A stretch of DNA of 62,351 nt, counting the filler, from Dugesia japonica (lineage: Eukaryota), in assembly GCA_001938525.1 (NCBI GenBank). It is 5 parts of 5 records of this genome, joined end to end, with 100 filler letters (N's around TTAATTAATTAA, not from the genome) between each part and the next. Parts side by side here need not be neighbours in the genome. Positions count along the whole stretch, not along the records: positions 1 to 17,118 come from MQRL01623485.1; 4 more parts are not named here. One strand, 5' to 3'. The notes under the pieces were generated by a model. It ran no database searches. It was given only the letters and a program-made list of their open reading frames with translations, and was not told the DNA's origin. Below are positions 1 through 12,600 of this stretch, piece after piece. The position numbers and the translations under genes were made by a program. Numbering within the stretch: the stretch's first letter is position 1; every line of letters starts with the position of its first letter.

Positions 1-829
1 TAAAAATTCCCCCAAATCGACTTTTAAAAAAACCAACCAAAATAGACTTGATTCAACCTCATAGAGGAAACAAAAAAGTTGACACAATTTGACCTCACCG
101 AGTAAATTATCATCCAAATTCACCTAAAACCACCCAAAAGTAGACCGAATCAATATCACCAATGAAATTTTTAGTCTATTTTAATGTTCCTCGGACAGAA
201 TCTCAAATTAAGTACTTGTTTTTTACTATATAACTTTTTTTCTATAAGGTTTATTGATTTTTAACCGTATTATTCTAACTCACAGTAAAATTTCCAATTA
301 AAAATATACGTTAATGTTCATATTTTAGTTATTTTTTAGTTTTTGAAAAAATGATACCAAATCCAGGAGGACAGCTGTATATCTTTGTTAGGAAGCATTT
401 TTCCGAGACGATATTTAAACTTTGTGAAGTCACTTTTTCCTCTTGAGTTCAATAATACCAGATTTGGGTATACAGTTGTTAATTTGCGCACCGATATTTA
501 AGCGCTAAAATCTGAATTTTGAGATTTTTCCAACACAAAACCTCATTTATTTCATCGATGATTAACTTTGATGATTTTAAGTTCACATATTTGGAATAAG
601 CAAAACGTTCATAGAAACTGTGTTGATCTTTTTTGAGAAGAAAAATGTTTTTCGAAAAAATCTGTCTAAAATACTGGAAAATTGATGTAAAAATACTTCT
701 ATGTTAGAAAATTGCAAAAATTATTTTGGAAAATTTAGGTTGTTCACCCTATAAAAAATAATTAAAAAATTTTCATAAATTTTCACCCGGATTCTTATAT
801 AAAATTCCATATAGGTTTTTTCCCAATAA

Positions 830-930
830 AAAAGCTTGAAAAATATTACCACTTAAAAAGCCTGATAAATAATACTACTTAAAAAGCCTAAAAAATATTA
901 CTCCTTAAAAAGCCTAAAAATTATCCCAAC
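830..930. repeat. Short tandem repeat of about 26 bp (AAAAGCCTAAAAAATATTACTACTT-like), about 4 copies
   Basis: Directly visible repeated aaaagc(c/t)t...ac.actt units. Confidence 0.7.
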
Positions 931-1185
931 TAAATATACAGGGAAATTTAAAAACAGTTACTGAATTTCGACAATAAATTAATCCAAATTACATAATTTA
1001 TGTACAAAATATTTTTGCAAACTAAAAAGCTTAAAGAATTTANAAAAACAGGTNNTCCCATTAAAAATAAAATGTCACTGATTGAATTCGTCTAATAACA
1101 TAATTTGTGTGCAAAATATTTTCTCAACTAAATACATAAGGAAAATTTAAAAGCATTAATTTAATATTACTTAAGATGATGTCAA

Positions 1186-1277
1186 TTTAAATTCCCAACT
1201 AAAAACACTATTATTAAGTTTCATGACATCAATAATCATGGGAGGTACCGAATGTGTGCTGTTTCAAACCCCTCATA
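1186..1277. mobile_element. Terminal inverted repeat end of a non-autonomous DNA transposon, same family as 7981-10030
   Basis: ttaaattcccaactaaaaac...catc...gtgct...aaacccct matches 9946-10029 and the reverse complement of 7981-8073. Confidence 0.65.
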
Positions 1278-1304
1278 TCTATATAATAATAGTATATAAG
1301 TTAC

Positions 1305-3004
1305 TTTATTAGATGCATTTATATCACATTTATTTGCAATCAATAATTTCAGTATATCAATATGACCGTATTTACAGGCAAAATGAATCGGTTGATTTCC
1401 CCACTAAATTATCAGTTATTCATAAATTATTTAGTAAATACTAAATAAATTACTTTATCAGATGCATTCATATCACATTTGTTTGAAATCAACTTATTTA
1501 AAACATCAATATGACCATTTTGGCAGGCCAGATGTATTGGTTGAAAANCATTCTAAATAAGCATTTAGTGTTGAAATATTTCTTAAATACCAAAAATAAC
1601 ATGGTCAGAAGCATTGATATCACAATTGCTTGAAATCAACTTATTTAAAACACCAATATGACCATTTTGACAGGCCAGATGTATTGGTTGAAAACCATTC
1701 TAAATAAGCATTTAGTGTTGAAATATTTCTTAAATACCAAAAATNNNNNNNNNNNNNNNNNNNNNNNNNNNNNNNNNNNNNNNNNNNNNNNNNNNNNNNN
1801 NNNNNNNNNNNNNNNNNNNNNNNNNNNNNNNNNNNNNNNNNNNNNNNNTGAATTATTTCTTAAATACCAAAACTAACAAGGTCAGATGCATTTATATCAC
1901 ATCTATTTTTAATCAACATATTTAAAATATCAATATGACCATATTGACACGCCAAATGAATCGGTTGAACTCCATCCTAAAAATGTTTATCAATTAAGCA
2001 TTTACAAAACCGCAATTACTTCATTAGATGCATTGATATTACATTTGTTTTCAATCAATATTTTTACAATATCAATATGACTGTTTCTTAAAGCCAGGTG
2101 TATTGAGGAATTTGAATTCTAATCAATTAAATAACATTTTTTAGGAAATTTAAATTCACCTCATCATATAAATTGATGTTACATTCGTACGCAATCAACA
2201 TTTTTACAATATCAAAATAACCATTTGCACAGGCTAAGTGTATTGGTTGGTTTATATTCTAAAAATACAATAAATCATAAATTATGCAGAAAAATTTTAA
2301 ATGAGTAACGGATTTCTCAAATTCACTAATATCTATTTTCTTTGTGATGAATATTTGGACAATATCTAAATGACCATGTTTAACCGCTAAATGAAAAGGT
2401 TTATATCCCTTCTAAATTAAAATTTATTCAAAGTATAAATTAATGACAAATAAAATACAGAATCAAATACATTGATATCACATTTGTTTTCAATCAATAT
2501 TTTCACAATATCAATACGACCATTTTCGCAGGCAAAGTGAATCGGTTGACACTTATTCTAATTAATAATTAAAAATTCATAAATTATATAGTAAATAACA
2601 AATAATTACGTTATTTGATGCATTAATATCACATTTATTTTCAATTAATACTTTCACAATATCAATATGACCATTCTCACAAGCCAAATGAATAGGTTGA
2701 CGTCCATTCTAAATTATCGTTTATTTATAAATTGTTTAGCAAATAATAACTAATAACTTCATCAGTTACCCTGATATCACATTTATTTTCAATTAATATT
2801 TTCACAATATCAATATGACCATTCTCACAAGCCAAATGAATAGGTTGGCTTCCATTCTAAATGATCATTTATTTATAAAGTGTTTATAAAATAATAACTA
2901 ATAACTTCGTCTGATAGCCTGATATCACATTTATTTTCAATAAGTAATTTCACAATATCAATATGACCGTTCTCACATACATAATGTATTGGTTGCAATC
3001 CATT
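1305..3004 (-). repeat. ANK exon-intron tandem array, block C (11 visible exons, probably one more in the N gap)
   Basis: Exons 1305-1403, 1454-1552, 1601-1699, [gap 1745-1848], 1878-1976, 2020-2118, 2160-2258, 2310-2411, 2459-2557, 2610-2708, 2758-2856, 2906-3004. Confidence 0.93.
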
Positions 3005-6000
3005 CTAAATTAACATTTTTCAGATATCTTTTGAGATAACGTAAAATAATACAAAACATTGTACATAATTTATAAAATCATTCAAATATACATAGGCATT
3101 GTATAAAACAAACACAATTTGAAAATTCAAAGGACAACAACCTCTGGCTATCTTGTGAATATTATTTTCAGAGCTATCCACCAAAGTTGCAGTCTATCAA
3201 CAGCAAACTCAATTTTAATTGATTATGTATTTTAATCCAGTTGAAAAATTAATAGAGCCAGCTCCCACTGACTAAACGTAGTCCGATTAGGTAATCACAT
3301 AAAGTGGTTTAGTATTTTATACAGTTAATTAGAAAAAGTAGGAAGGTAGTAGCCAATAATCCACCCTTCCCCCGATGGAAAAGTGGTTTGGTTTTTTTGT
3401 TTGATTTGTTGGTTTAGAATTTTCGAAGTTTGATTGGTCGAAAACTCGGGTAGACAAACTTTATGATTTCGCATTTGATTTGCCAAATTTGGCTTGGGAA
3501 GTGCAAAAATTCCAATTTTGTTTAGAAATTTTTTCTGTCAGTATTTATTACATGGTTTCAACTTTGAAATGGTTGAATTCAGAATTAAATTTTCTTTATG
3601 GATATTACTTTTCTTGAAAAAATATTTAGTTCTCTCAGAAAATTTAGTAGTGCAATAAACTACTTTGACTTGGTTTATACATTTCTCGGAGAAAACCTAT
3701 CATATCGCCTTATAAAGGATAATTCTAGATTCAGGATAAAATTCTGAACATATTCTATATAGAGTTTGGTATAAAAATATGCTTCGTTCTCAAATTAGAA
3801 AATTGCCAGATGCCATGTCCCATCTTGGATAAAAAACTATTTGCTTTCGAAATACTTATGATAATCAAACAAATTTGATATCTTTTAACTCAAAATAAAA
3901 ACTAGAACACATTTCGGATTTGCTGTATTAAAATTTTGCATTTAAAAAATGGTATTTAATTATAGAATGAATTATAAATTATAATTCAAATATTTTTAAA
4001 ATATTTTTGTACCAATCAGCTTTATTATTAGGTATGTAACTTTACTTTTTGCAAAACATGTTTGGTTCTCTCAGAAAAGAATATGATCAATCTGCGCTTA
4101 TGTAATTCATAGAAAAAGTTGATTACATTTACCATAAAGCCTGATTTAAGAAGTCAACAAAAATTGATGACGATTTGATAGCTGTTCTTCTTAATAAGGA
4201 TAATGTTTGTTTAGATCGTATGAGCTACATAGGAGAAACTGTACTGGAAAAAAAATTGAAAATAAACAAACTTCAGTACATTGGGTTGGACAAGTACAGT
4301 AATGAAAATGATTGTCAAATAAATATTGTAGCCGGCGATACAGATAGTTTTTTTCTAGAAATAGAAAATATTAGTTTATATAAGTTTAGAAAGACTAACA
4401 GCAAATATAGTGAGTGATCTGATACTTGATACTTCTAATTACGATAAAGATCACGGCATTTATAGTAACAACATGAAATTATTTATAGAAAAAATAAAGG
4501 AATAAAATACATGGAAAAATACCAAGAATAGTCCGAAATGCTATAGCCTGCTTGATGATAAGAACAGTATGAGAGCATAAACACAGAAATTTGTTATCAG
4601 TCTTAACTTGACTGCTATAATGAGAATAAATCGGTCTAGGCTGAACAATTTATGATTACCACCAAAAATAATCAATTAATTAGTATTAAATCAAAGAAAT
4701 TAGCACTTACAAACACAGACGATAAACGCGTATGGGTTGATAAAAATAAAAGAGTGCCACATAGATACTTTACTATTAAATAGTTTTTTCCATCAATTTG
4801 ATCCATCCTGGTCAAGAACAATGTCTCAAATATAGGTAATTTATTATTTTTTTATTAATGTAATTTAAATTATTTAGATTATCATGGAGAAAATGAAAAA
4901 GATTAAAGAAAAATTTGTGAACGTATAACCGGGCGCTTTAGGGCCAAAAAATGAGAATGTACAAACCGGTCTTTATAATAAAAAGTTCTTATTATTTAAA
5001 AAAATTTTTATTTTATTTATCATGAGTTTGTCATGAAAATGACGTAGCCATGGATAATAGATGTCCTGGATGTGACATGAGCATGCATTATAAATTTCAA
5101 TCAAGTAGCGGAATAGGTCCGCACTTCCACTCCCCCCTACCGGGGTAGAATTTTCCAGTGCGTACCTACTTTTTTTGTTGTTTTATATATGATGTCTATG
5201 CGAATTTAGATAAATTGTTATATTAGACATTTTTATTAGACATTGTTAGTTATAAATAATTTAACACGCAATTTAATTCAATATTTATTTAACGCAAAAC
5301 GTTTCGACAGTATATCTGTAATCGTCAGGCAAACTGTTTAAAACGAAGAATNNNNNNNNNNNNNNNNNNNNNNNNNNNNNNNNNNNNNNNNNNNNNNNNN
5401 NNNNNNNNNNNNNNNNNNNNNNNNNNNNNNNNNNNNNNNNNNNNNNNNNNNNNNNNNNNNNNNNNNNNNNNNNNNNNNNNNNNNNNNNNNNNNNNNNNNC
5501 ATGATTCTTTCCCAATAATCTTTAAAATTTCTGCACAGAATTTTGAAATTATTAATATTTATATGACATTTACCTAACCGACTATGTTCTTGAATTCTTT
5601 TACAGAGATGACGGTAAGTCTCATCAATGTATGTGGCATTACACCCATACACTCATATTTATAAATAAGATTAGAAACCAATCCACAAGGAGTCTTAGAC
5701 ATATTACTGAACGCACTTATAATTTTAAAATACCTGGACACAATCTTAAAATTTGGAAGATTTACTGAATATTTAAATTATTAATTAATTATTAGTTATT
5801 TGAATTATATTAGTACATCAAATTATTATTTTGAGGAGAAATTTGAATTCTGTTATAAACTAATTATAGAGTGTTTAGAATTAGTTGTTACAATTTACAT
5901 TATTGAAACTTACAATTACACATTTGAAGTAATAATTTTATTTTTTTCTTTTTTATTTATTTTTACTGCTTAATATTAAAACAATTGGGTTAAAATTAAG

Positions 6001-9000
6001 AGATTCTACATAACGTAAAGAAGAATTTTCTTCGGTAACCAGATTTAAAATAAATTGCAAAAGAAAACATGTAAATGTTAAAGGACATAACCATCCTTAA
6101 TTGTTGGATGTGGGTCGAATAAATACTAATAAATTATATAGGACTCGCTGTGGTAATCACTGTTACCTTCAGCAATATATATTAAATATCAAAATCATTT
6201 ATATTGTTTATCTAATCTAATATATTTAATGAATTACAAATAAATTACATAAAATGCATCGATAGCACATTGGTTTGTTATCAAAATTTTCACAATATCA
6301 ATATTGCCACTCATACAAGCCAAATGTATGGGTTCAATGTCATTCTAAATAAATGCATTAAAAAAAAATATTTTCCAAATAACAATAAAAAAACTTTGTC
6401 CGATAAAGTAATNCCGCATTTATATGCAACTAGAATTTTTAAAACATCAATATGACCATGTTTACAAGCCATTTCTATCGGCATATATAAATTCTAAGTT
6501 AATATTTAAAATTTAATTATACAACAAATAAATCACTTCTTTAGATTCATTCATGCCAAATTTATTAGCAATCAATATTTTCACAATATCAATATGACCA
6601 TTTTTACATGCCAAATGTATTGGATGATAATCAAACTAACCATTTATTAATTATTTAATTCAATTAAATTAAATTACATTAATTATACTGAGATTATTAT
6701 ACTTCTGCGAAATAAAAATTTCCACAATACCACTATAACCATATTCACAAGCCAAATGTATTGGTTGAAGGCCATTCTAAATAAAGATAATTTCCAACAT
6801 CATATAAAAAAAGAAACTTTATCAGGAGCATTGACCTCACAGTTATTTTCAATTAAAAGTTTTATAATATCAATATAACCATTCTCACAGGCAATATGTA
6901 TTGGTTGATATCCTTTCTAGATTTACATTTAATCACAAATTATTTAATAAATATCAAATAAATTACTATGTTATATACATTAATATTACATTTGTTTTTA
7001 ATCAATATTTGCACAATATCAAAATGACCATACTCACAAGCTAAATGAATTGGTTGATTACCAATCTTAATTAAAATTTATAAATATATTTAGAAAAATA
7101 TAAAATACTTCATTGATACTATTGAGATCACATTGGTTTGTAATCAATACTTCAACAATATTGCTATGTCCTTTTTTACAGGCAAAATGTATGGGTGTGT
7201 TTTTATTCTAAATTAGATGTTTTTCACTTCATTTAATAAATAATAAAAAAATACAAATATTGCACATGCATTAATATCACAATTATTTGCAATCAATAAT
7301 TTCAAAATATCCATATAACCGTATTTACAGGCTAAATGTATCGGTTGATATCCATTCTAAATAAATATTCATTCATAAATAATATCAAAAATAACAAATA
7401 GATTACTTTATCAAATACATTAATATCACAAAAGTTAGCAATCAATAATTTCAAAATATCAATATAACCATTCTTACAAGCAAAATGAATAGATTGATAT
7501 CCTTTCTAATAACATGTTTTAATTATTTAATAAATAATAACTAATTTACAAGTTTATCAGATTTGTGCAGATCACATTTATTTTCAATTAATGTTTTCAA
7601 AATATGAGCATGGCCATTATCACAAACCAAATGTATCGGTTCACAACCATTCTAAGTAAGTATGTATAAATTAATAAACAAATAACACAAAATATCACAT
7701 TATCACATGTATTAATATCACACTTATTTTCAATTAATATGTTCACAATATTAATGTGACCATTCTTACAGGCCAAATGTATCGGTTGATGTCCATTCTT
7801 TATTATATGTGTTAAATATATTCAATTAATTAAAGTTACATTATCAAATACATTGATATCACTGTGATTTGCAAGTAATATTTTCACAATTTCAATATGA
7901 TTATTCTCGCAGGCCAAATGAATTGGTTGACATCCATTCTAAAAAAAAGATTTATTTATGAACTATTCAGTAAAAGTTAATAGAGGGATAAAGGGAACAG
8001 CGCACCTATCCCTTCCCTCCAAGATTAGTGATGTGATGAAACTTAATCCCCGAGTTTTTAGTTTGGAATTTAATAATTACATTTTATTAGATAATTTTAC
8101 GTTACTGTTTTTAAATTTTTCCTGTTTTCAGTTGGAAAAAATATTTAGCACACAATTTAGGACATTGCATTAATTTCATCGTCAAAATTTTACTTAATTA
8201 ATAGTGTTAGATGAGTTTGGAGAACTCATAAAAGATATGAATTCACAACTAGCTTCCATTCAACGAAGTTTTATAATGTTTCGTTGAAAACAATGAACAT
8301 AAATTTGTTTTTTTCAAACAAATTAAAAAATTTATATTTGAAAGTCAAAATAAAAAATCTCACCTTTTGAAAAATATTTCATTAATTCATATAATTCGTG
8401 TATTTTAAAATTAAATAAATAACGCAAAATTTAAAAATACAATAAAAATAATTTTTGTTGAAAATCAGAAATTTGATAATTTTACAAATTAAAATAAAAT
8501 TATAAGAATAATAAAATTTTAATATCCATTACAAATTAAAAATTTTATATTTAACACATTATAAATTTCACAATCGCTTCNNNNNNNNNNNNNNNNNNNN
8601 NNNNNNNNNNNNNNNNNNNNNNNNNNNNNNNNNNNNNNNNNNNNNNNNNNNNNNNNNNNNNNNNNNNNNNNNNNNNNNNNNNNNNNNNNNNNNNNNNNNN
8701 ACCAAAAATTTTAATCTGTTTTTAAAAAATAAAAATATAACGGAAATTCAGGGAAAAGATCGATTTGTTTAATTAATTTTTTTTTTTATTTAATTTATTT
8801 TACACTTGTTTTTCGATTTATTACATTGACGGTTCGTCGTTTTTATCCGTACTCATAATAATCATTGGAAAATATTTATTGAATAGAAAGTACAGTAATG
8901 AGAACCTTACTTTTACACTTTTACTGGGTTCAAATCAACTGATTGACAATTTATTTTACACTTTCTTTTTTAATTTTATTTTACTAAGTATAAAGATTAG

Positions 9001-9603
9001 TGATTTTTAATCACGTTTTTCTTACTCAGCGTAAAAGTCTCTATCGAATAGATATTTCAATGTTCAAATTTGAAATATTTTTATTTTTTCAAAACTGTAT
9101 GTTATAATGTTCTTAAGTTGAAACATTATATTAACCACAAGAGCAACCTCTAATATTTTTATAATTACAATTATTGCGAGAATAATTGTTGAAGTTAACC
9201 ATTGATCGCATTTGAGATTTTATTAAAGTAAGGGCTTTGATCAAATTAAATTGTCGTTTTAAAGATATTCAAAAATTTCGAGAATTGTCTTCTTCGGGCA
9301 TATGATGACTTTTTAATAAATTTTAACGATAATAGGACATTGTTACAAAATTTGTTTACATTTTATTAAAATTTTATTGGTTTATTTAAATTATAAATTT
9401 TATTTTAAATTTGATGTCAAAATTTTTAATTAATTTGAAAATTTTTTTAAATGTTTTATTATTAGTTGGATTTTATTTTTTTATATAATTTTTTTTGTAT
9501 ATTTAAAATTTTAAAAATTATTTTTATCATAAGTTAATATAATTTTATTCAATTAATTTTTGTTATATTATATTATATTATCTTTTAAAACTATTTATTT
9601 AAA

Positions 9604-9637
<34 letters not shown>

Positions 9638-12600
9638 TAATATAAATAAATTATTTAAATTATTTACTATTATTTAAATTTTATTTAAATTTAATTTATT
9701 GATTTATTAATTTTTTTAATTTCAGTTATTAAAATTATTGAAAACCACATTGATCTTAGGTTTATCCTCATTAATCATGAACAAATATTGATTAAGTATG
9801 ATTTTGATTTCTCCGATGTATGTGTGTGTGAATTTTTAAAAAAATCAAGGTATGAACTTTTTTAGATGAATGTTCGGCAAATCTAGAGAATTTCAGTAAA
9901 AATTCCATAAAAAACATGAAAAAGTTAAAAAAAAGTAACGTAATATTTAAATTCCCAACTAAAAACAGGGATTAAATTCCATTACATCACTATTCCTGGG
10001 CGGATCGTGCCAGTACGCTAAAAACCCTTAGTGAAGTTTAATATATTACATTATTGCACACGAAAATATCACATATGCTATCAATCAATATTTTCACAAT
10101 TTCTATGTAGCCATATTTACAGGCGACATGAATCGGATTAGATCCATCCTAAATAAAAGCTTTCTATTAATAATTTCGTAAAGAAATGCAAAATGACTTC
10201 GTCGGGTTCATTGATATCACAATTACTTTCAATCAAAATTTTNNNNNNNNNNNNNNNNNNNNNNNNNNNNNNNNNNNNNNNNNNNNNNNNNNNNNNNNNN
10301 NNNNNNNNNNNNNNNNNNNNNNNNNNNNNNNNATTGTAAATAACATTATTAGATGCATTTATATCACAATTGTTTAGGATCAATATTTTCACTATATTAA
10401 CATGACCATGCTTACAAGCCAAATGTATTGGTTGATTTTCTTTCTACATCAAAATTTCTTAAAAAATTATTTCGTAAACATCAAATAAATCACATTATTA
10501 AATGCATTGATATCACATTTATTTTCAATCAATATTTTAACAATATCAATATAACCATTTTTGCAGGCAAAATGTATCGGTTGATATCCAAACTATGTAA
10601 TATTTTATGTAATAAATTATTTAATAAATATCTGAAATCAACATTATTAGATGCATATATATCACAGTTTTGCTCAATCAATTCTAAGACAGTTTCAATG
10701 TGGCCATATTTACAGGCAATATGAAGCGGTTGATATCCATTCTAATTAAACGTCATAAATTATTTTGAATATATAAAATTGATCACATTGTCAAATCCAT
10801 CAATATCACATTTGTTCGAAGTCAAAAGTTTCACAATATCAATATTACCATTCTTACATGCAAGATGAATCGGTTGATATTCACACTAATTTGCATTTAT
10901 TCATAAATTAATTTTAAAATAATAAATAAATAACATCACTAGTTGCATTGATATCACATTCTTTTGCAATCAATTTATTCAAAATACCAATATGACTATT
11001 TTCACAGGCAACATGTATCGGTTGATATCCATTCTAAGTAAACAATTATAAAATTAATAACTAAATATCAAATGAATTACATTGTTAGTNGCATTTAAAT
11101 TACAATGGTAATGACTCAATATTTCTACAATATCTATATGACCATATTGACAGGCAAAATGTATTGGCTGATCACCCGCCTGAATAAAATTTTATACATG
11201 AATCATTATCTAAATACAATAAAAGTACCCCATTAGATGAATTTATATCACAATTATTTTCAATCAATATTTCTACAATATCTATATGACCATATTNNNN
11301 NNNNNNNNNNNNNNNNNNNNNNNNNNNNNNNNNNNNNNNNNNNNNNNNNNNNNNNNNNNNNNNNNNNNNNNNNNNNNNNNNNNNNNNNNNNNNNNNNNNN
11401 NNNNNNNNNNNNNNNNNNNNNNNNNNNNNNNATATTGACAGGCAAAATGTATTGGTTGATCACCCGTCTGAATAAAATTTTATACATGAATTATTATCTA
11501 AATAACAATAAAAGTACCTCATTAGATGAATTTATATCACAATTATTTTCAAGCAATATTTTTACAATATCAATATAACCATATTTACATGCAAAATGTA
11601 TTGGTTGATTTCCATTCTAAAATAGCAATTATTCATCAATTTATAAAGTTAAAAATCAATACTGATTTTTCAGATGCATTAATATTACATTTGTTTTCAA
11701 TCAATATTTTCACAATAAAAATGTGTCCATTTTTGCAGGCCAAGTGTATAGGTTCATTCCCATACTAAATTTTTAATTAAATATAAACTACCAAGTAATT
11801 AACAAATAAATTACCTCATCAACTACATTTATATCACATTTATTTTCAATTAATATTTTCACAATATCATAATGGTTATTCATGCAGGCAAAATGTATTG
11901 GTTGAAATCCGTTCTAAATTAATAAAATATTTAATAATTAGTTGCTCAACAGTTAAAATACAATTTTATCCGCTTTGTTTATATCACATTTGTTTGCAAT
12001 CAATAATTTTAAAATATCAATACGACCATTTTCACATAAAAAATGAATGGGTTGATATCCATTCTAATTTAATATTAGTTTTAAAAAATATTTCAAATTA
12101 ACAAAATAAACTCTATCAGAAACATTGATATCATATTTTTTTCCAATCAATATTTTAACAATATCGATATGACCATTTTTACAAGCTAAATGAATAGGTT
12201 GATATCCATTCTAAATTAAAAATAATTGATAAATTAGTCAAATACAAATGATTTACATAATTTGCATAAATTTTACAATTTCTTGAAATGAGATATTCTG
12301 CGATAAGAATATGTCCATTTTTGCAAGCCAAATGAATGGCTTGATTACCATTCTAAATTATTATTTATTTCTAAATTAATTAAGAAATATCAAATTACTT
12401 TATCACATGCATTGATATCAAAATTGTTGGCAATCAATAATTTCACAATACCAATATGACCATTCTTACATGCTAAATTTATTGATCTATATCCTTTCTA
12501 AATTAATGTTTGTTGACTGACTTTGAAATAACAAATTAAATACCATATCGTCAAATGCGTTGAAATCACATTTTTCTGAAATCAATAACTCCACAATACC

